64,000 bases of DNA from Fervidobacterium sp. (lineage in GTDB: Bacteria > Thermotogota > Thermotogae > Thermotogales > Fervidobacteriaceae): NCBI GenBank assembly GCA_049970055.1, contig JBMFNR010000004.1, forward strand, positions 32,001-96,000. The letters are read 5' to 3'. Positions 42,471 to 52,582 of the stretch are shown here, in pieces. Below the pieces are notes generated by a model. That model saw only the letters and a list, made by a program, of their open reading frames with translations, was not told the origin of the DNA and did no database searches. Within the stretch, counting starts at the first letter, position 1. Each line of letters begins with the position of its first letter. The position numbers and the translations under genes were made by a program.

Positions 42471-44707
42471 AAAGTAGAATTTTAAGATTAGTGCTTGTAT
42501 TTCTTTTCCTAGTCTTGTTCTCCATCTTGTTCTCAAGCAAAGTTTATTCAAAAGCTTTACTTTTGTACAAGAATTCAGAACAAGGATATGGTTATAACAT
42601 ACTTGTCAAGTATGTTGCATCAGAATTGAAAAATCTTTCACTTACTTACGATATCGTTGACGTGGAAAGTGAAGCGTTTTTAAATATTGATATGTCAGGC
42701 TATGAATTTATCGCAACATGTTACTACAGTCCAATTATGCCGAATGCGAAAAATTATCTAAAAAGATTGTACGAATTTTTACTAAGCGGTGGAAAGTTAC
42801 TAGTTATCAACAATATCGGTGCTACGATCGATACTTCTGGCTCGAACCATCCTACACTTGCGGAAATAAATTCAGTTTATAATTTACTCGGTGTGTCGTA
42901 CTCTTACGGTTGGAAAAAAGTGCAACCAAAAGAGATTTTAATTGATAAATATTATTTATCCGTTCAGAATCCAGTATACTTAAGTGAAAGAGATGTTGAA
43001 ATATATCAATCTATAAGTCCGTACACAAAGCCGATAGTTAGTGTTAAGTCTTCTGACGATAAGATGTACGATGTAGGATTTGTAGGTCCACTTGGTGCAA
43101 TTATAAGTTACAACTATTTTATTGATGATAACGGTAAGATATCAATTGATATCAGTAAGATAATTGAAACATTACTTTACGGTAATTCGCACTCTTTCAA
43201 AATTCTTGTTTTAGGTAAAGCGAATAGTATTTTGTCAAAAGCTCTTGATTATACTTTATTAAGATATGATTGGAGGGAAAATATTCCTTCGAATTTATCA
43301 ACATACGATGCAATCATTTTGCTAGATGGACAACTTCCAATCACAGATGCGAATCTAACAAAATACATCCTATCTGGTGGAACGGTTTTAGTAACATCGA
43401 AAGGCAATAAAACAGTCCAAGTTTCCAATTTGAAAATTGATTCCAATATTTTCCCAGTGCCGCCAGAATTTTCTATTCAAATACGTAAAAATATTTCTTA
43501 CGTTGAGCCATTTCCAGGTGCTGTTGGTCTTATTTTTTCAGCTGAGGGAGACACACTTTCATGGAAAACGACAATGGGCACAGGACAGTTAATATACTAT
43601 CCATCCGAACTTGTCACAAAATCATTGAGAGGGGTTTTAATACAAACGCTTTTTTCTCAGTTGCCGTTCTCTATACAGCCAATTGTTAATAGCTTCTCAG
43701 TGTATTTGGATGACTTTCCACTGCCAGCTTATAGAAGAAAGATAGATGTTATTACAAAAGAATTTGGTGACATAACTGATAACGAGTTTTATTATAACAT
43801 CTGGTGGCCAACAATGAAGAAAATATCTGAACATTTTAACTTGAAGTACACATCAATTTTTGTTGCAAATTATAATGCTTCCGTGACTTGGCCTTTTAGC
43901 TTCCAAGAGTATATAAACACACCCGAACAGAGAATTATGCTTGATGAGCTCATGAGGAACAACATAGAAATTGGTTTGCATGGGTATAATCATATACCAT
44001 TAACAAATGATAGGTGGGATAGTGAGCGACTTAAAGATGTTTTAAAGACGTTCAAGATATTTATAAAAAATACACTTGGTGAAGAGTATATTCCATACAC
44101 GTACGTTGCTCCCGATAACATAATAGATAATCTTGGCATATCTCAATTACTGGAAATATTTCCATCGATAAAAGTTATAGGTACGACTTATAAAACAGAA
44201 AGTACTGAAAATGCTTACGAGTTCTCTGTGGTAAAACAAGGGACGGTGATAGTGCCAAGAACCACCTCAGGTTATTACCCTTTGAGTAAAATTGTCACTG
44301 AGTCAGTGCTTGGTTTAATGACCCTGGGAACGTATCAATATTTTTTGCATCCGGATGATATATTTTCAAAAGACAGAAATCCTGATGCAAAGACTTGGAC
44401 GGAGATGTCGCAAAGTTTGATTGACTTTTTTAGTACGATGACTAAGTACTATCCATACCTGAGAAATCATTTTTCATTTGAGAGCGGTGAAATTATATAC
44501 GACTTTCTAACGCAACGACCGTTTATAGAAAAACAAAGTGGGAAAATAAGTGTGAGGATTGCCATGGGATATCATCTACCTAGGTATTATTATGTGAGGT
44601 CACGTTCTCCATTTAAACTTTCCGGTGGCAGGATTGTATTTAATTCAAATAACTTATATGTTATTGAACAATTCGAGAATATAATGGAAATACTATTTGT
44701 TAAGTGA
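42467..44707 (+). CDS. Exported DUF2194-like polysaccharide deacetylase
   Basis: Signal peptide; YLDDFP, EIGLHGYNH and FLHPDD (NodB-like) motifs; overlaps the pelF stop. Confidence 0.72.
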   Translation: MKSRILRLVLVFLFLVLFSILFSSKVYSKALLLYKNSEQGYGYNILVKYVASELKNLSLTYDIVDVESEAFLNIDMSGYEFIATCYYSPIMPNAKNYLKRLYEFLLSGGKLLVINNIGATIDTSGSNHPTLAEINSVYNLLGVSYSYGWKKVQPKEILIDKYYLSVQNPVYLSERDVEIYQSISPYTKPIVSVKSSDDKMYDVGFVGPLGAIISYNYFIDDNGKISIDISKIIETLLYGNSHSFKILVLGKANSILSKALDYTLLRYDWRENIPSNLSTYDAIILLDGQLPITDANLTKYILSGGTVLVTSKGNKTVQVSNLKIDSNIFPVPPEFSIQIRKNISYVEPFPGAVGLIFSAEGDTLSWKTTMGTGQLIYYPSELVTKSLRGVLIQTLFSQLPFSIQPIVNSFSVYLDDFPLPAYRRKIDVITKEFGDITDNEFYYNIWWPTMKKISEHFNLKYTSIFVANYNASVTWPFSFQEYINTPEQRIMLDELMRNNIEIGLHGYNHIPLTNDRWDSERLKDVLKTFKIFIKNTLGEEYIPYTYVAPDNIIDNLGISQLLEIFPSIKVIGTTYKTESTENAYEFSVVKQGTVIVPRTTSGYYPLSKIVTESVLGLMTLGTYQYFLHPDDIFSKDRNPDAKTWTEMSQSLIDFFSTMTKYYPYLRNHFSFESGEIIYDFLTQRPFIEKQSGKISVRIAMGYHLPRYYYVRSRSPFKLSGGRIVFNSNNLYVIEQFENIMEILFVK

Positions 44708-44733
44708 AGGAGTAAAATAAAGGAGAGGCTATT

Positions 44734-45516
44734 GTGCATTACAAATTCATTGCTTTGGATTTAGGTGATGATATTGATATCAAAAGGTTGATGCAAGAAA
44801 AATCATCACATGTTGAATATATACGATGGGAGGAACCTTTTAAGTTCAAGTATTCTGATGGAGTTGTTTACGTATACTCCTTTGGAGCCGTTGTTGGAAT
44901 GAATATACCAACGAAACAATTTAACGCTCTGGTATCGGAGTTGGACGAGTACGTATTGGGTACAGTGAAGCATACATCTATAGAAACTTTGGAAGTGATT
45001 CTAAGTAAGGATAAAGTGAAAGATATAGAGGTCTATGAAGATAAAATATACGTACCTAAAATTGATGATGGTATAGTTTATACATCTTCTTTTGTTTTAG
45101 CACAAAGTGTATCATTACATAGAATAGAGCAAAAAACAGCGATGTTGATAGACGAGATAGAGAAATTTCTCTCGACAAAAGGGAAGGTTACTAAGGGGCG
45201 AAAATCTTTAGGACTCGTCATGAAAATTCTTAAAACTCGACACGAAATTCTTTCAGACGTTATGATATTAGATAAACCCGATTTGGCTTGGGAAAACGAG
45301 GTGTACGATCAACTGTATCAAAAACTTTCAAGATATTACGAATTATCAAGAAGATATAAGAACGTAACCACTAAACTTGACCATGCTTTCGAAGTTGCCT
45401 CGGTTTTGCTTGAAATTCATAGCGAAAGTAAGGCAAACTTCTTAGAATGGATGATAATCCTTCTTTTTATCATAGAAATAGCCATGACGGTGGTTGATAA
45501 GATTTTGTTGAATTAA
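44734..45516 (+). CDS. RMD1/DUF155 family protein
   Basis: YSFGAVV, LAQSVSL, DKPDLAWE and LEWMIILL motifs. Confidence 0.8.
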   Translation: MHYKFIALDLGDDIDIKRLMQEKSSHVEYIRWEEPFKFKYSDGVVYVYSFGAVVGMNIPTKQFNALVSELDEYVLGTVKHTSIETLEVILSKDKVKDIEVYEDKIYVPKIDDGIVYTSSFVLAQSVSLHRIEQKTAMLIDEIEKFLSTKGKVTKGRKSLGLVMKILKTRHEILSDVMILDKPDLAWENEVYDQLYQKLSRYYELSRRYKNVTTKLDHAFEVASVLLEIHSESKANFLEWMIILLFIIEIAMTVVDKILLN

Positions 45517-45596
45517 TGGTAAATATTATGATTGAAGTGAATATTAAATAAATATATTGTACAACACGCACTATATTTATAGGGAGGGAGATTGGT

Positions 45597-47123
45597 ATGA
45601 AAAGGTATTTGGTAATGCTTTTTGTAGTTTTAAGTTTGCTCTCGTTTGCTGTTAAGATTACGGTTTTTCATATCAACGATACACACGGACATGCATGGAG
45701 TTTCACCGATTCAGCAGGTAATATAATTGGAGGATTTGCAACTGTTGCATCTATTATCGATGCAGAGAGAAAGGTAAATCCAAACGTCCTTTTCCTGCAT
45801 GCAGGAGATATCAACACAGGTGTACCCGAATCAGACTTGATGAACGCATTACCGGACATATTCGTGCTCAATAGGATGAACCTTACAGCGGTTGCTGTTG
45901 GTAACCATGAATTCGATAAACCAAGAGATATCCTTCTCAGACAGATGTCATGGGCGAAATTTCCGTTCTTAAGTGCAAATATTTACAAAGACGGCAAACC
46001 ATTCTTCACACCTTACATAATAAAGGAAGTAGGCGGAATTAAAGTAGCGATAGTTGGTTTTACAACAGAGCATACAAAGATCCTTGAAGGACCAAATTCC
46101 GAGGACTTGGAATTTAAGAATGTTATCGAAGTTGCAAAAAACATCATCCCGGAAGTTAGAAAACAAGCAAATGTTGTTATAGCTCTGACGCACCTTGGCG
46201 TTGGGCAAGGTTACTCTGAACTATACACAACGGCTGATCAACTTGCAAAAGAAGTCGAAGGTATAGATCTCATTATCGATGGTCATAGCCATACTCAGAT
46301 GGCAGAGCCAATGGTTGTAAATGGCGTCCCCATCGTACAAGCGTTTGAATGGGCGAAAGTTATTGGAAAGGCAGATATTGAGATTGAAAACGGGAAGGTT
46401 ATTAGAATTGATTGGACGGCAATTCCAGTAGTCCAGTTAAAGGTTGTTGGAAAAGATGAAGCAGGAAAGAATGTATACAAAGTTGTTACCCCCGAAGCAA
46501 TGTATGTTAAAGTTCCACTCGATTATTTCAAAAAGCTCGGTGGTGCGAAACTTGATACAGTAATTGGTACAACGGAAATTTTACTTGACGGCGAACGTGC
46601 AAATGTCAGATCAAAAACAACGAACCTTGCTAACTTAATAACTGATGCAATGCTTTGGAAAACAGGTGCAGAAGTTGCGTTAACGAACGGTGGTGGCATT
46701 AGGGCATCGATTAAACCCGGTGATATAAAAATAAGAGATGTACTCACTGTATTACCATTTGGAAATACCTTGTACGTACTAGAATTGAAAGGCTCAGACT
46801 TAATTAAAGCTTTTGAGTACGCAGCAAGTGTACCAAATGGTCAAGGAGCATTCTTGCACGTTGCTGGAGCGACATGGAAGTCAGAAGGTGGAAAACTAAC
46901 GCAGGTGCTTATCAACGGAAAACCAGTTGATCCTGAGAAGGTTTACAAAGTGGTTACAAACGACTACATGGCAGCTGGTGGAGATGGCTACGCAGTGCTG
47001 AAAGGTCAAAAGGGGTACAATACGTTCTACGTAATGGCAGATGTTGTCGTTGAATACATTCAGAAAGTACTTGGTGGAAAAATTACAAACTACGATGATA
47101 AACCAAGGGTGGAAAGGAAGTAA
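45597..47123 (+). CDS. Exported 5'-nucleotidase / UDP-sugar hydrolase (UshA-like)
   Basis: Signal peptide; HINDTHG, AGD, GNHEFD, GHSH, NGGGIR and GGDGY motifs. Confidence 0.92.
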   Translation: MKRYLVMLFVVLSLLSFAVKITVFHINDTHGHAWSFTDSAGNIIGGFATVASIIDAERKVNPNVLFLHAGDINTGVPESDLMNALPDIFVLNRMNLTAVAVGNHEFDKPRDILLRQMSWAKFPFLSANIYKDGKPFFTPYIIKEVGGIKVAIVGFTTEHTKILEGPNSEDLEFKNVIEVAKNIIPEVRKQANVVIALTHLGVGQGYSELYTTADQLAKEVEGIDLIIDGHSHTQMAEPMVVNGVPIVQAFEWAKVIGKADIEIENGKVIRIDWTAIPVVQLKVVGKDEAGKNVYKVVTPEAMYVKVPLDYFKKLGGAKLDTVIGTTEILLDGERANVRSKTTNLANLITDAMLWKTGAEVALTNGGGIRASIKPGDIKIRDVLTVLPFGNTLYVLELKGSDLIKAFEYAASVPNGQGAFLHVAGATWKSEGGKLTQVLINGKPVDPEKVYKVVTNDYMAAGGDGYAVLKGQKGYNTFYVMADVVVEYIQKVLGGKITNYDDKPRVERK

Positions 47124-47160
47124 ATATCTCTAAGCTTTTGTAACATATTAAGGTATGGAA

Positions 47161-47190
47161 GGGTGGGCAAAGTATTGCCCACCTTATTTA
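47161..47190 (+). terminator. Terminator after nucleotidase
   Basis: GGTGGGCAA-AGTA-TTGCCCACC followed by TTATTT. Confidence 0.75.
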
Positions 47191-47239
47191 TATTTAACAG
47201 GCGGTATGTGTGAAAAAACTCATGTAAAGAGGACAAAAT

Positions 47240-47269
47240 TTGACAATAAATGTACAGAAAGTATATAAT
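47240..47269 (+). promoter_or_regulatory. Promoter of niaR-pncA
   Basis: TTGACA-18 bp-TATAAT. Confidence 0.75.
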
Positions 47270-47292
47270 TGTTTGGACGCGGAGGTGAAATT

Positions 47293-47784
47293 ATGGAGCG
47301 AAGATATGAAATAGTTGAAATATTGAAGAAATCAAAATCGCCTGTGAAGGGGAAAGACCTTTCACAAATGCTTGGAGTTAGTAGGCAGATCATTGTGTCA
47401 GATATAGCTCAACTACGTGAGGAAGGTTATAGGATCGTATCGACAAGGGATGGCTATTTACTTGATACTGGTGGAAAAATTCGGAGAACTATTGCAGTTA
47501 AACATTCTTCTGAAGAAATTTACGATGAACTCAAAACAATTGTGGAAAACGGCGGGAAGGTTATTGACGTTATTGTTGAACACCCAATATACGGTGAAAT
47601 CACTGGCAGAATTGATGTTTCAAGCATCGATGACGTTGAAAAATTTATCTCACTTCTCAAATCTTCGAACACAAAACCACTCCTTGAAATTTCAGGTGGA
47701 ATACATCTGCATACGATAGAAACTTCCGACGAGAAAACTATGGAAAGAGTTCTAGAAGCTATTGATAAATACAGATTGAAGTAA
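47293..47784 (+). CDS. niaR: Niacin-responsive repressor NiaR (HTH plus 3H domain)
   Basis: VSRQIIVSDIAQLR HTH; VKH, VEHPIYG and GIHLH motifs. Confidence 0.9.
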   Translation: MERRYEIVEILKKSKSPVKGKDLSQMLGVSRQIIVSDIAQLREEGYRIVSTRDGYLLDTGGKIRRTIAVKHSSEEIYDELKTIVENGGKVIDVIVEHPIYGEITGRIDVSSIDDVEKFISLLKSSNTKPLLEISGGIHLHTIETSDEKTMERVLEAIDKYRLK

Positions 47785-47797
47785 GGGAGGTTTTGTC

Positions 47798-48322
47798 ATG
47801 AAGGCTCTTTTAATTGTTGATTTACAAAATGATTTTGCAAAACCTGGTGGAGCCCTTTATTTTCCTGGAGCAGAAAATGTCATTTCTGGTATTATTAAAC
47901 TTGTAAAGGAATTCAAATTGCAGAATTTACCCATTATCTACACAAAAGATTGGCATGAAGACAAAGACTACGAGTTTGATATATGGGGAGTACATTGCCT
48001 GCATGACACACATGGCAGCGAGATAGTTGACGAACTCAAAGATACGCTATATGGTTATAAGCATGTATATGAGGTCAGAAAAAGTCGTTACTCAGGCTTT
48101 TATGGTACAAACCTTGAACAGATTTTAAAAGATTTGAATATAACTGAAGTCCATGTTGGTGGTTTGGTTACACACATATGTGTTCTTTTCACTGTTGAGG
48201 AGTTAAGAAATCGCGGAATAGAAACAATAGTACACTCAGATTGCGTCGATAGCTTTGATAAACCAATGCATGAATTTGCCCTTAGAGAAATGAAAGAGGT
48301 TCTGTTAGCAAAAGTTATATAA
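47798..48322 (+). CDS. pncA: Nicotinamidase/isochorismatase-family hydrolase
   Basis: VDLQNDF..GGAL, DWH, WGVHC, KSRYSGF and THICV motifs; next to niaR. Confidence 0.8.
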   Translation: MKALLIVDLQNDFAKPGGALYFPGAENVISGIIKLVKEFKLQNLPIIYTKDWHEDKDYEFDIWGVHCLHDTHGSEIVDELKDTLYGYKHVYEVRKSRYSGFYGTNLEQILKDLNITEVHVGGLVTHICVLFTVEELRNRGIETIVHSDCVDSFDKPMHEFALREMKEVLLAKVI

Positions 48323-48431
48323 TTTAGCGTTGTTGGTATAAATATTTTATTTCCGTAATCTAAAATTAATGGAAATTATTGAAATATATGCTAAACTTGG
48401 TGAGCAGCATGTATATATAATTTTAACTACA

Positions 48432-48548
48432 ACTCAGCAGTCGTTCCCTTTCCCCTTGCTATAACAATGAAGAAGAATCCCTCTTTGAAAAAGAAAAGCA
48501 AGGTGAGGGATTGACTGATAAGAGTAATTAAGCAAGGAGAAAGGTGTG
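48432..48548 (+). promoter_or_regulatory. Structured 5' leader with mutually exclusive helices over the helicase RBS
   Basis: 48447-48460 is complementary to both 48497-48510 and the RBS 48531-48544; 48476-48483 pairs with 48505-48512. Confidence 0.6.
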
Positions 48549-50201
48549 AAGATTGTGGACAGTAAAAGTTACAAAACACATGAAGGATTTGAAGATTTTG
48601 GTTTAAGCGAAGATATTTTACTTGCGATCCAAAAGAAAGGATATCAGTCCCCAACGCCGATACAAAGGCTTGTGATTCCAGCTGCACTTAACGGTGACAA
48701 AGATATAATCGCGCAAGCTCAAACAGGCACGGGAAAGACAGCAGCGTTTGGTATACCACTACTTGAAAGGATAGATTTCAGGGCAAGTAGAGATGTTAAG
48801 GCAATTGTTGTAACACCAACACGAGAGCTGGCCTTACAAATATACGAAGAACTGAAGAGTTTAAAGGGCCCAAAGAGAATAAGGGTTACAACCATATATG
48901 GTGGTCAATCAATGGAAAAACAATTAAAAGACCTTGAAAAAGGTGTAGATATTATCGTTGGTACCCCTGGAAGGATAATTGATCACTTAAATCGTGGAAC
49001 TCTTGATCTTTCACATGTACAATACTTGATACTTGACGAAGCTGACCGGATGCTTGATATGGGCTTTCTGGACGATGTACTTGAAATTATAAAGAAGACT
49101 CCCGGGACAAAACGAACGTTCCTTTTCTCAGCAACTATGCCGAAAGAAATTGTAGATATAGCAAAAAAGTTCATGAAAGAATATATTCATATATCTACCG
49201 TAAATGAGGAACTAACAACAGAAAACGCGGAGCAACTGTATTTTGAAGTCGATGAAAAAGATAAACTACCTTTACTTTGTAGAATTATTGATATGAATCC
49301 AGATTTTTACGGTGTTATCTTTTGTCAAACAAAGCTAGAGGTAGATGAAATCGCAAAGAAGTTGGCAGATCTTGGGTATAGTGTCGATGGTTTACATGGT
49401 GATTATTCACAATATCAGCGCGAGAGAATACTTGACAAGTTTAGAAAAAAACAATTGAAAATATTAGTTACAACGGATGTTGCGGCTAGAGGAATAGACA
49501 TAGAGGGTCTAACACACGTTATTAATTACTCTGTACCTAGGGATCCGGAATACTATGTACATAGGATCGGTAGAACCGGCAGAGCAGGTAGGAAAGGATT
49601 TGCAATAACATTCGTTACCAAGGACGATTACTTCCATTTTGCAAGAGTCAAACGATTTGCAAAAGCAAAGATTGCTAAAGAATCTGTACCGAAAGTTGAG
49701 GATATACTGAACAAACAACTCGAAAAAATAGTTGAAGATATTAAAACCTCAAAAGTATCTAATGAGCTTTACAGGCAGGTAGCTCAACAATTGATCGATG
49801 AAGTAGGCCCAACAGAAGCTGTTGAAATGCTTTTACATACGATTCTTAAGCAGAAAGTTGATGTTTCAAGATATGGGGATGTGAGTTCTAAGGATTTTTC
49901 AAAAAGTAGATCCGGTCAATTTAGTCGATCAAATGAAAATATCAGGCTATTTGTAAATATGGGAAGTTCAAAAGGGTTGGACAAGAAGAAATTAGTAGAT
50001 TTCATTTCAGAAAAGACTGGTGTTGAAAAATCTAACATCAATAACGTGAAAATCTTTGAAAATTACTCATTTATCGATGTTAACGAATTGGATGCTGAGA
50101 TAATACTAAGAACTTTAAACGCGAGAAAAGATCGTAATAGACGTTCAAGACCTTTGGTTGAAAGAGCCAGAGAAAAAAGTGAAATAAAAGATAAAAGATA
50201 A
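48546..50201 (+). CDS. DEAD-box RNA helicase (DeaD/CshA type with DbpA RNA-binding domain)
   Basis: Q motif, AQTGTGKT, PTRELA, DEAD, SAT and HRIGRTGRAG motifs; C-terminal RLFVNMG..FENYSFIDV. Confidence 0.95.
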   Translation: MKIVDSKSYKTHEGFEDFGLSEDILLAIQKKGYQSPTPIQRLVIPAALNGDKDIIAQAQTGTGKTAAFGIPLLERIDFRASRDVKAIVVTPTRELALQIYEELKSLKGPKRIRVTTIYGGQSMEKQLKDLEKGVDIIVGTPGRIIDHLNRGTLDLSHVQYLILDEADRMLDMGFLDDVLEIIKKTPGTKRTFLFSATMPKEIVDIAKKFMKEYIHISTVNEELTTENAEQLYFEVDEKDKLPLLCRIIDMNPDFYGVIFCQTKLEVDEIAKKLADLGYSVDGLHGDYSQYQRERILDKFRKKQLKILVTTDVAARGIDIEGLTHVINYSVPRDPEYYVHRIGRTGRAGRKGFAITFVTKDDYFHFARVKRFAKAKIAKESVPKVEDILNKQLEKIVEDIKTSKVSNELYRQVAQQLIDEVGPTEAVEMLLHTILKQKVDVSRYGDVSSKDFSKSRSGQFSRSNENIRLFVNMGSSKGLDKKKLVDFISEKTGVEKSNINNVKIFENYSFIDVNELDAEIILRTLNARKDRNRRSRPLVERAREKSEIKDKR

Positions 50202-50230
50202 AAAACGCTGGGATTTCCCAGCGTTTTTTT
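50200..50230. terminator. Bidirectional terminator
   Basis: AAAAAACGCTGGGA-TT-TCCCAGCGTTTTTT. Confidence 0.9.
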
Positions 50231-50243
50231 CCTCAGATTTTTA

Positions 50244-50930
50244 TTAGATTTCTATACTTTCACCCGGGTTCATAATCAAACACTTAACACCAATTTTTTC
50301 TGCCCCTTTTTTGAACTTTTCATCGTCCGCTTTGATTATCTCCCATGTATTGTAATGCATTGGAACAACTATCTTGGGTTTTATCATCTCTAGAGCAATC
50401 AAAGCGTCCTCCACATCCATCACAAAATTCCCTCCGATAGGCATAAACGCAAGATCAATATCCTTCAACAGCTCAAATTCCTTCGTAAGTCCTGTGTCCC
50501 CAGCGTGATAAATAACTTTCCCCTCAGATTTTATGAGGAAACCGCAAGGATTTCCACCGTATATAACACTATCGCCGTCGTGAATACCAGAACCATGTAC
50601 GGCTGGTGTTAATTTTACCTTGCCAAATTCGAAATAATAAACCCCACCAACATGCATCGGGTGAACTTTGCAACCTTTCATCTGTAGATAATTGCATATC
50701 TCAAAATTTGAGATTACGGTAGAGTTGTAATTTTTACATAGTTCGACAGTATCTCCAATATGGTCACCGTGTCCGTGAGTTACCAAAATATAATCGATCT
50801 TCGGCAATTCAAAGTTTTTTGGATATGCTGGATTCCCTGTAATAAATGGGTCAATTATCACATTGTACTTATCCTCAATATCGCTTATCAAAACAGCAGC
50901 ATGTCCAAGAAATGTAACCTTCACGATCAT
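50244..50930 (-). CDS. Metallo-beta-lactamase-fold hydrolase (UPF0173)
   Basis: FLGHA, IDPF, THGHGDH, HAGDT and PMHYNT motifs. Confidence 0.9.
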   Translation of the reverse strand: MIVKVTFLGHAAVLISDIEDKYNVIIDPFITGNPAYPKNFELPKIDYILVTHGHGDHIGDTVELCKNYNSTVISNFEICNYLQMKGCKVHPMHVGGVYYFEFGKVKLTPAVHGSGIHDGDSVIYGGNPCGFLIKSEGKVIYHAGDTGLTKEFELLKDIDLAFMPIGGNFVMDVEDALIALEMIKPKIVVPMHYNTWEIIKADDEKFKKGAEKIGVKCLIMNPGESIEI

Positions 50931-50959
50931 CCCCTCCCTTACACGTTAATTATTCACGA

Positions 50960-51409
50960 TTACTCGAATAGAACTTTCTTGATTTTTTTAGGCTCAAGCC
51001 TGAATTTCGAACCTTTTCCTTGGAGAAAATGATGTGCTGCAAGCAAGTGAATCGAAAGCTCACTGTACATTATTTCTTCGTTGTTGATGAGATTTCGTAC
51101 AACAGCAACCCTTTTTCTAAATATCCCATCTTGGAATGGACAGGGCAGAAATCCTCTTGCTTCGTCCACTTTGACTTCCCATTTATCATATCTTATCGCT
51201 TCCCCAAAACCTTTTAATCCTTCTTTCATTATTTTCCTCATTAATTTTGCAACTTCAACGAAATCCAGATCGAGGAACTGAAATTCTTCTTCATCCGCTT
51301 CTATTATATCGACTATATTTCTGTCGTCATCACCCAAAAAACCATCAGCAGTTATTTTACCAGGTCTCATATTTTCTTGTGCTTTTATGTACTTGGGTGT
51401 CATTTTCAT
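50960..51409 (-). CDS. Hypothetical protein downstream of nqrF
   Basis: 149-aa ORF with RBS; LPCPF and HLLAAHHFLQG motifs. Confidence 0.7.
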   Translation of the reverse strand: MKMTPKYIKAQENMRPGKITADGFLGDDDRNIVDIIEADEEEFQFLDLDFVEVAKLMRKIMKEGLKGFGEAIRYDKWEVKVDEARGFLPCPFQDGIFRKRVAVVRNLINNEEIMYSELSIHLLAAHHFLQGKGSKFRLEPKKIKKVLFE

Positions 51410-51442
51410 ATTTATCCCCCCTTTTCAGTGCGTTTTAAAAAA

Positions 51443-52552
51443 TCATGCAAACTTATCGTAGTACACATCCGTAATTCCAAATTTACCAAACACCTGTATA
51501 CATGCATTTATCATACCTGGACTTCCACACAGGTATCCTTCCTTTGTTGTATCTTTTGGAAGCACGTTTTCCAAGTACTTTTCGAGAACATTTGTGATAA
51601 GTCCAGTTTCCCCATCCCAGTTATCTTCTGGGAGAGGGTCGGAAAGTGCAGGGATAAAATGGAAATTCGGCCATTTCTTCTCTATTTCTCTGAAAAGATC
51701 AACGTAGTACAAATCTCTTTTACTTCTTGCACCGAAGAAATACCACACATTCCTGTTAGTAATACCACGTTCCAACATATCAAGGATTATAGATTTTATT
51801 GGTGCCATTCCACTACCACCGGCAACCATAATCATATCTGCATTTGTATCGCGCACATAAAAATCACCAAATGGTCCCACAACTTCTACTACCTCTCCTT
51901 CTTTCATATATCTATGAACATAAGTTGTTGCAATACCACCAGGTACAAGTCTTATAAGTAATTCTATATGATTTTTGTCACTTGGCTTTGATGAGATCGA
52001 GTATGCTCTTTGAGTTGGTTCTTTTATATTTTCGTACGGTGGAACAACGAGTTGAATGTATTGTCCGGCTTTAAAACTTATTTCCTCTGGTTCTACAAGG
52101 CGAATGCGTAATTCTTTTATATCATACGTTACATCTTTCAAGCTCTCCACTACACCTTTAAATTTCTTGATGTTGAACAACTCTTCTGGTAAATAAATCT
52201 TAAGAGGTTTCTTAACTTTTATTTGGCAAGAAAGTCTGATATTCTCTTGAATTTCCTCTTTTGACATGTATGGCAATTCCGTTGGCAGGTGTGGTCCAAC
52301 ATCTGATAACACCTTTACTTTACAGGCCCCACAACTCCCTCTTCCACCACAAGCGGATGGAACAAAAATTCCTTGCATACTTAACGTCTGAAGCAGCGGT
52401 GATCCACCTTTGACTTTAAGTACTTTCTTACCGTCGTTTATGTCAATATCAACTTCCCCGTAATTATTAACAATTCCATCCAAAATTGCTATAATAAATG
52501 CCAATCCACCACTTACTAGAGAAACTACCAACGGTGCAAGAAATATTCCCAT
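51443..52552 (-). CDS. nqrF: Na+-NQR subunit F (2Fe-2S, FAD, NADH)
   Basis: N-terminal TM; SACGGRGSCGAC, RLSCQ, RAYS, AGGSGMAP and YLCGSP motifs. Confidence 0.88.
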   Translation of the reverse strand: MGIFLAPLVVSLVSGGLAFIIAILDGIVNNYGEVDIDINDGKKVLKVKGGSPLLQTLSMQGIFVPSACGGRGSCGACKVKVLSDVGPHLPTELPYMSKEEIQENIRLSCQIKVKKPLKIYLPEELFNIKKFKGVVESLKDVTYDIKELRIRLVEPEEISFKAGQYIQLVVPPYENIKEPTQRAYSISSKPSDKNHIELLIRLVPGGIATTYVHRYMKEGEVVEVVGPFGDFYVRDTNADMIMVAGGSGMAPIKSIILDMLERGITNRNVWYFFGARSKRDLYYVDLFREIEKKWPNFHFIPALSDPLPEDNWDGETGLITNVLEKYLENVLPKDTTKEGYLCGSPGMINACIQVFGKFGITDVYYDKFA

Positions 52553-52582
52553 CGCATCATCACCTCGTGTGTTCAGCTTAAT

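Noticed and set aside
47190..47292. NiaR operator
   Set aside because: No convincing palindrome around the promoter.
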